Part shown: positions 37,112 through 41,712 of the stretch, one piece after another
Layout of the letters: every line of letters begins with the position of its first letter
Position numbering within the stretch: the stretch's first letter is position 1
DNA from: a virus
Reading direction: 5' to 3' (one strand)
Length of the DNA: 41,712 nucleotides
IMG/VR virus record: IMGVR_UViG_3300025292_000001
Notes under the pieces: model-generated
Seen by the model: the letters and a program-made list of their open reading frames with translations, nothing else
Databases searched by the model: none
What the model was told of the DNA's origin: nothing
Program-made: the position numbers and the translations under genes

Positions 37112-37594
37112 TTACGGGCAGGTCACAAAGACGATCTTTGCCGATGCATCGACTGCAATGGCGCAGATGTGGTCAGTGACGAGCGCCGAAACGTCCAGCG
37201 TGCCATCGGTCGCGCCGACAGGGGTCAGAGCGTTGCCGTCTGCGCCTGCGGTCAGAGCGGTGGTGAGCGTGGCTGGGCCGCGGGTCTGGATCCAGCAATA
37301 TTCGCCATCGCCGGGAGCCGACATCAGCACGCCAGCGCCGACGCCTGCCGAATCCGACAGGTCAGACGTGACGACAGACGTTGCGCCCGCCGAAGTGCCA
37401 GACGGAGCGTAGTAGTAGGCGAAGTTGCCAGCTACAGCCGCAACCGGGCCGGCGCCGGTATCATACTGCACGAAACGGTATTCCTTGCCGTCCTGGTCGG
37501 TGAAACGGTCACCGATGCCAGGAACAGTGCCGGCTTCAGAACCGGTCAGCGAGGCGTAGACCTTCGTGAGGTTTGCACCAATGATGTTGGTCAT
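37112..37594 (-). CDS. Putative capsid decoration/cement protein, 160 aa
   Basis: Immediately after the capsid gene with an AAGGAGA SD. Gly/Ala/Thr-rich beta protein (GDGEYCWIQTRGPATL). Confidence 0.45.
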   Translation of the reverse strand: MTNIIGANLTKVYASLTGSEAGTVPGIGDRFTDQDGKEYRFVQYDTGAGPVAAVAGNFAYYYAPSGTSAGATSVVTSDLSDSAGVGAGVLMSAPGDGEYCWIQTRGPATLTTALTAGADGNALTPVGATDGTLDVSALVTDHICAIAVDASAKIVFVTCP

Positions 37595-37606
37595 TGTCGT
37601 TTCTCC

Positions 37607-38572
37607 TTAAGCCGCGTCGATCAGCACGCCCTGAAGCACACGGTTCGAGCAGGTGAGCTGGCCCTGCCAGATGATCGGGATGACGACGGCGTCCTGGTTG
37701 ACGGACATCTTCTCGTCGAGCGTCTGCCAGTTGGCGTCACGGTGGACGACCATTTCCAGGTATTCGCTGTTGAGGAAGTACATCTTCTCGCCAGTGGTGG
37801 CGAAGTTGGCGTTGTCGTCGAAGATCACGTCAGCGGTGACGAACTTGAGCGACTGGAAGCCGGCCGTCGCGGACTCTGCCGACGCATAGCGCTGGAGATC
37901 CTGAAGGCTTTCCCAGTAGAACGAGAAGAAGTCGTGCGTCGAAACCAGAAGATCCGGCTTGTCGGCGCCGCGGACGAGCTGGAGCCAGAGCGCGTTCATG
38001 TAGCCCTTGATATTGGACTTCGTGACCGTGTTGGTGCCAGGCGCTTCGTAGAACTTGTTCTTCCAGAAGGTGTAGGTGGTCGAATTGATGCCACCAACGG
38101 TGCCAGTGCCGGCATTCTGGATGATATGGGCAAGACCGCCCATCTGGTTTGTCAGCGAGCCGTCCGAATACAGGTCAAGCGACATGTTGTTCGAGGCGGT
38201 GCGCATCGCATTGCGGGTACGGGAAGCTGCCAGATCGATGATCTGTTCCTTGCCGTTGTTCATGCGCAGTTCGCGACCGGAAGCGGTGATATGGACCGCA
38301 GCCTGCACCCAGTCGTATTTGGCTGCCGACAGAACGTCGGAGGCCTGAACGTTCAGGGTGTCGTAACCAGCATAGCGCTGGTAGGTCGAGTTTTCCGCGT
38401 AGTCGAGCGGGCGAACGATTTCGTAGCCGCCAGACAGTTTCTTGATCTTCCCGCGCTGCTTCAGGCGCGAGTAGAGGGCGTTGTTGCGTGATACGTTGTC
38501 CGCGACCTCGGAAGGGTGGTTACGGAGCGTGGTCGTCACCATTTCGGTGAACACACTATTCGGGCTAGGCAT
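37607..38572 (-). CDS. Major capsid protein, 321 aa
   Basis: Position after the scaffold gene, size, and the N-terminal FTEMVTTTLRNHPSEVADNVSRNNALYSRLK pattern seen in podovirus capsid proteins. Confidence 0.8.
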   Translation of the reverse strand: MPSPNSVFTEMVTTTLRNHPSEVADNVSRNNALYSRLKQRGKIKKLSGGYEIVRPLDYAENSTYQRYAGYDTLNVQASDVLSAAKYDWVQAAVHITASGRELRMNNGKEQIIDLAASRTRNAMRTASNNMSLDLYSDGSLTNQMGGLAHIIQNAGTGTVGGINSTTYTFWKNKFYEAPGTNTVTKSNIKGYMNALWLQLVRGADKPDLLVSTHDFFSFYWESLQDLQRYASAESATAGFQSLKFVTADVIFDDNANFATTGEKMYFLNSEYLEMVVHRDANWQTLDEKMSVNQDAVVIPIIWQGQLTCSNRVLQGVLIDAA

Positions 38573-38602
38573 GTTCCATCACCTTTGATTGTTGAAAGTG
38601 GA

Positions 38603-39652
38603 TCAACCGTTGCCCATGAGGCGGTCGTAAGTGGCAGACATCGTTTCCTCGAAGGAAGCGCCCTTGGCAGGGGTTGAACCCTGGGTGCTCTTGAGGTTTA
38701 CGGCGCCTGATTTCTTCGCTTCCTTGACGGCCTTTTCCTGCTCGGCCTTGCGCTGCGCCTCTGCTGCCTTCCTCTGGTCCTCTAGGATGAGTTGGCGAAC
38801 TTCGGGATGCGCGTAGGTGGCCTTTTCGTAGGCTTCGCTCAGGTCGGCTGCTTCACCGGCTTGCATCAGCGAGCCCATGATTTTGCGAACCTTCTCGAAG
38901 TGGGGCTTGTCCTTGGCGAAGTCTTCGACCGTCTTGACAACGGTGGCCTGTTCAGCCTCATGCGATTGACGCTGTTGGGCCGTGAGATAGCTCTTCAGCT
39001 GATTGATCTCCTGCTTCAGCTCGAAGACTTCACGCGGCGGGGCCGGTGATTGGTCAGTGCTGCCAGGATTAGCCGAGAACTGCCGCAGATCGACGCCATA
39101 GCTCTCCGCAAGCCACTGGATTGCCGCGCTCGGGTTCTGTTCAAGGAAACGATCGGCAGCAATAAAGCGGGAAATTCCCTCTGCTTCCGATACCCCATTC
39201 TTGGCGAAAACCTCACGATGCTGGTCCAGCGTCTGCCTGATGGGCTCGAACGCCTTGATCTGCTCCCCTTTCTGAGTGATGGCCGCGTGCATCTCGCTTT
39301 CCCTCTGCGCAATGTACTGTTGCGCTTCAGGTGGAAGAGAGCCGAACTTGGCTTTCATCTCAGCCGACCACGAATTGGGGGCAGTGATGGACGGCTGGGC
39401 CGTTTCCTGCTCCTTCTCCGAGGGCTGATCGGTAATTTCTTCGCTCGCAACCTCTTCGGCTGCCGTCTCGGCGCCTTCCGGGGCTGCGGTGGTCTCATTG
39501 CCGGCGAACTTGCCGCCATCGTCGCGCGGCTGGTTCATCTTGTCGTAAACCGCCGACATCGTGTCTTCGAATGATGCTGGGGCCTGCTCTACGACAGGCG
39601 CAGATACGCTTTCGGTGACGACCGGAGCCGCCCCGTTGTTCAGTTCGTCCAT
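38603..39652 (-). CDS. Scaffolding protein, 349 aa
   Basis: Acidic, Ala/Glu/Gln-rich helical protein between the portal and capsid genes. Confidence 0.7.
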   Translation of the reverse strand: MDELNNGAAPVVTESVSAPVVEQAPASFEDTMSAVYDKMNQPRDDGGKFAGNETTAAPEGAETAAEEVASEEITDQPSEKEQETAQPSITAPNSWSAEMKAKFGSLPPEAQQYIAQRESEMHAAITQKGEQIKAFEPIRQTLDQHREVFAKNGVSEAEGISRFIAADRFLEQNPSAAIQWLAESYGVDLRQFSANPGSTDQSPAPPREVFELKQEINQLKSYLTAQQRQSHEAEQATVVKTVEDFAKDKPHFEKVRKIMGSLMQAGEAADLSEAYEKATYAHPEVRQLILEDQRKAAEAQRKAEQEKAVKEAKKSGAVNLKSTQGSTPAKGASFEETMSATYDRLMGNG

Positions 39653-39683
39653 GTGATGTGTCCTTTGCTATCGCCAGAGGCGG

Positions 39684-40004
39684 TTAAGCGGTTCCACGAT
39701 GAATGTCTTTGCCGGCCTTCCAAGCATCAGCAGCGGCTTGCTTCTCGGCTCTTTCGGCCTTGAACTGGTCAGAACGGGCCTTCCATTCCGACGGATCGCA
39801 CTCTCTTGTGTTAGTCCGTTTGAAATGCTCACGACGAGCGGCGCGACCGTCAATCACGCCATCCCCAAGCGGCGAAGCGTAGGCCGGGAGATCGGAGATG
39901 ACCCGAGGGGCGGCGAGAGGCTTGGCGCGGTCCTCAGCGGAAAGCATCGGCTCGCCAGTGCGTTTATCCACGTACTGGCCGTCACGGAACACGAACACGG
40001 CCAT
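39684..40004 (-). CDS. Hypothetical protein, 106 aa, between portal and scaffold
   Basis: TAATG junction with the portal stop. Confidence 0.55.
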   Translation of the reverse strand: MAVFVFRDGQYVDKRTGEPMLSAEDRAKPLAAPRVISDLPAYASPLGDGVIDGRAARREHFKRTNTRECDPSEWKARSDQFKAERAEKQAAADAWKAGKDIHRGTA

Positions 40005-41712
40005 TAGGCGTCTTCCTTCGGCTGCTTTGCCATGCGGGCCTTGTGCTCGGCCGTCTGCATGCCAAGACGGGTGCTGTGCTCCTGAGACTGTGCCTTGAGG
40101 CTGGCTGACCGCATTTCAGCATCGGCGCGCATCGCCGTAAGCTGGGCTTCGATGCCCATTTCCTCGCGCTTCATCTCCAGTTCCTGCTGTTTCAGGCGCA
40201 TCTCTTCCTGCTTGAGCTGCATGTTCATCTGCATCTCAGCAATCTTGTATTGGTGCTCCTGCTCTTTCATCTGCATGTCCATCTGCTTCGACTGAAGCTC
40301 GAACTGCATCTTCTGCTGTTCCATCTGCTGGGCTTGCTCTGCTGCCTGCTGCTGCGGGTTCGGCTGGTCTGCCTGCTCACGAGCCTTGTCAGACAGCGTT
40401 GACAGCGCATCCTCAGCCGATTTGCCAAGCTTGAAGTTGCGGGCAAACGAAGCGTAAATCTCAGCCGCAGCATCTCCCGGAAGCATGCCAGACTGCACCG
40501 CAGGACCGGCCGCAGAGAGGAACTGTGCCGTCCCCTGAAGGAACAGGCTCATATTCTCCTGAGAGCGAGACAGATCGGCGCGAATGGTGGAATCGCTCTC
40601 AACGTCAATGCGGTATTGGCGCTGGATATCCGAGCGGAGGAGCCCCATGACTTCCTCAAAGGTCGGCTTGTCAAGCACTTCTTGCAATTCGGTCGGGACT
40701 GGCTGCTGTTGCGCCTGAAGCTGCTGGGCCTGAGCCTCGGCCGCCTGCTTATCAGCCTGAGAAGGCAACTGAATGCCCGTCATCATGACCAGCGTCTGGG
40801 GCTGGAACTTGTTGGCGATCAGTTCGGCCTTGATGCGGAGAAGGTCACGAGCATAGCGCGCTGCCTCCTTCTGCTTCTTCTGGATACGCTGCGAACCGAA
40901 TTGGGCCTTGATGTTCTGGGCGCCGAGCGTTTCGTTCGGGTCAGATGCGCCTCGGAGAATGTCAGAAATGCCGGTGATCTCGTAAATCACCTGCTTGATC
41001 TGCTCACGCTGGATATAAAGGCCCTGAATGACGGTCTGAATGACATCGATCGGCATCATCCACAGCGCTTTGTCGAAGCTGGCGCCCTGAGCATACAGCG
41101 CCGTGGCATCCTGCATCGGGACGAAATCACCGTCATCCGAATTGGCGATGTCCTCGAACTCGGGGATCTGAGCATCCCGAACGCCGCGAACCTTCAGCAT
41201 CTGGATCAGCGAGGTGATGCGCCGGGTGATGCGACTCAGTTCCTCAGCCTGATCCTTGTACATGCGATAAGGCGGGATTGGCTCAAGCTTGTTCGTCGTC
41301 TTGATCGCCATAAGCGGGCGCGGGATCGGGTAGAACTCGTACAGGCCGAGCGGGTCATCAACGACGCTCAGAGGTGCAGCAGTGTAGCCCGTTGCGATGA
41401 ACAGGACCTGCTTCTTCTCCTTGTCCCAGATTTCCCAGACGCGAGCGCGCTTGAAGATTTCAGGCGGCGGCGAGTCGTTCTTGTCCTTGTCCTGCTCCGA
41501 GACAGTGAAATCCAGATTCACCTTGCCGCCAAGCTTCGGCGAAAGCTCGATAAGCTGCTCACGCGTCAGGAACAGTTCAAATGCGATCCACGGAACGTCC
41601 TTCCACATGCGGCCAGGGCCACGGCGGAAGTTCACCCACGGCACATGCTCTGAAGGAACGTCTTCCCAGGCAATCTGCTCGCCCGTTTCCTTGTCGCCAG
41701 TGATATACGGGA
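40004..41712 (-). CDS. Portal protein, 3' part (the reading frame is open to the window end and continues at 128..566)
   Basis: The track ORF 40004..41644 begins at an internal Met. The frame stays open to 41712. Long Gln/Glu/Met-rich C-terminal coiled coil. Confidence 0.85.
   Translation of the reverse strand, partial: PYITGDKETGEQIAWEDVPSEHVPWVNFRRGPGRMWKDVPWIAFELFLTREQLIELSPKLGGKVNLDFTVSEQDKDKNDSPPPEIFKRARVWEIWDKEKKQVLFIATGYTAAPLSVVDDPLGLYEFYPIPRPLMAIKTTNKLEPIPPYRMYKDQAEELSRITRRITSLIQMLKVRGVRDAQIPEFEDIANSDDGDFVPMQDATALYAQGASFDKALWMMPIDVIQTVIQGLYIQREQIKQVIYEITGISDILRGASDPNETLGAQNIKAQFGSQRIQKKQKEAARYARDLLRIKAELIANKFQPQTLVMMTGIQLPSQADKQAAEAQAQQLQAQQQPVPTELQEVLDKPTFEEVMGLLRSDIQRQYRIDVESDSTIRADLSRSQENMSLFLQGTAQFLSAAGPAVQSGMLPGDAAAEIYASFARNFKLGKSAEDALSTLSDKAREQADQPNPQQQAAEQAQQMEQQKMQFELQSKQMDMQMKEQEHQYKIAEMQMNMQLKQEEMRLKQQELEMKREEMGIEAQLTAMRADAEMRSASLKAQSQEHSTRLGMQTAEHKARMAKQPKEDA
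41586..41712. repeat. Right copy of the exact 127-bp end overlap (identical to 1..127)
   Basis: Same as the left copy. Confidence 0.95.

Larger units (their letters stand above)
1..41712. mobile_element. Complete genome of a temperate short-tailed (podovirus-like) dsDNA phage; circularly closed contig, unique length 41,585 bp
   Basis: All ORFs are phage-like: terS/terL-portal-scaffold-capsid-tail/ejection-lysis module, cI/cro-type switch, erf/ssb/ninB/rusA, xis-int plus a tRNA-3'-end attP core. No tape-measure, sheath or tube genes. Exact 127-bp end overlap. Confidence 0.85.

Noticed and set aside
37169-38491. 440-aa plus-strand ORF
   Set aside because: It is antisense to the major capsid and decoration genes. 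Its composition is Arg/Gly/Val-rich low complexity, typical of a GC-rich shadow frame.
39964-39972. TTATCCACG, an 8/9 match to the DnaA box consensus, inside the 106-aa gene
   Set aside because: It is a single isolated occurrence inside coding sequence. TTATCC-type hexamers are expected about 20 times by chance in a genome of this size.
40616-41653. 345-aa plus-strand ORF
   Set aside because: It is antisense to the portal gene. It is a Leu/Arg-rich shadow frame.
1-41712. A search by eye for CRISPR arrays, a diversity-generating retroelement (RT plus TR/VR repeats, as in BPP-1-like phages), retron-like elements, rRNA genes, and canonical multi-gene defence systems (large ATPase, nuclease or TIR/SIR2-type effectors)
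   Set aside because: No regularly spaced repeats and no reverse-transcriptase-like ORF (no YxDD motif protein). The only P-loop protein is terL. Nothing supports these feature classes.

Overview
The window is one complete, circularly closed phage genome. The last 127 bp repeat the first 127 bp exactly, inside the portal ORF, so the unique length is 41,585 bp. It looks like a temperate short-tailed (podovirus-like) dsDNA phage. By eye the DNA is moderately GC-rich and many proteins look alphaproteobacterial, but the host is only an inference.

Layout:
- Minus strand: about 31 kb is one co-directional array. It starts at a cro-like gene (10980) and runs through an ATGA-coupled early-left operon: T5orf172 nuclease-like protein, RusA, an orphan N6-adenine methyltransferase, DUF551 proteins and a DnaA domain-IV protein.
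- It then passes a strong intrinsic terminator (4348-4382) and a 4-gene cassette of unknown function, followed by terS-like, terL and portal (which wraps the window ends).
- Next come scaffold, major capsid and a decoration-like protein, then a terminator, adaptor and nozzle-like proteins, a GNAT acetyltransferase and three large ejection proteins (one with a tail-lysozyme domain, one with an S74 chaperone end).
- The array ends with a tail fibre, a split anchor plus beta-helix spike, an FkbM methyltransferase, a terminator, a GH19-like endolysin, holin, overlapped spanins and three accessory genes that end near attP.
- Plus strand: an orphan BrnA antitoxin gene; a cI-like repressor; and an early-right operon (erf, ssb, ninB-like, small unknowns, xis, int).
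- Three paralogous HNH endonuclease genes are also on the plus strand. Two bracket a tRNA-3'-end attP core and one is inserted antisense in the tail module.

I found no rRNA gene, complete tRNA gene, CRISPR array, reverse transcriptase or canonical multi-gene defence system.

The most interesting items:
- the toxin-less brnA with a palindromic operator
- a lambda PR'-tR'-like terminator checkpoint
- twin hairpins displaying an identical 11-nt loop
- a shared TTCAGTCA operator motif at two divergent promoter regions
- iteron-like 18-mers
- a GNAT gene inside the ejection module
- a signal-peptide-bearing beta-helix protein in frame with an upstream anchor ORF
- an FkbM moron
- small ORFs missed by the 60-aa ORF track

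All domain calls are motif recognition by eye. No database search was possible.
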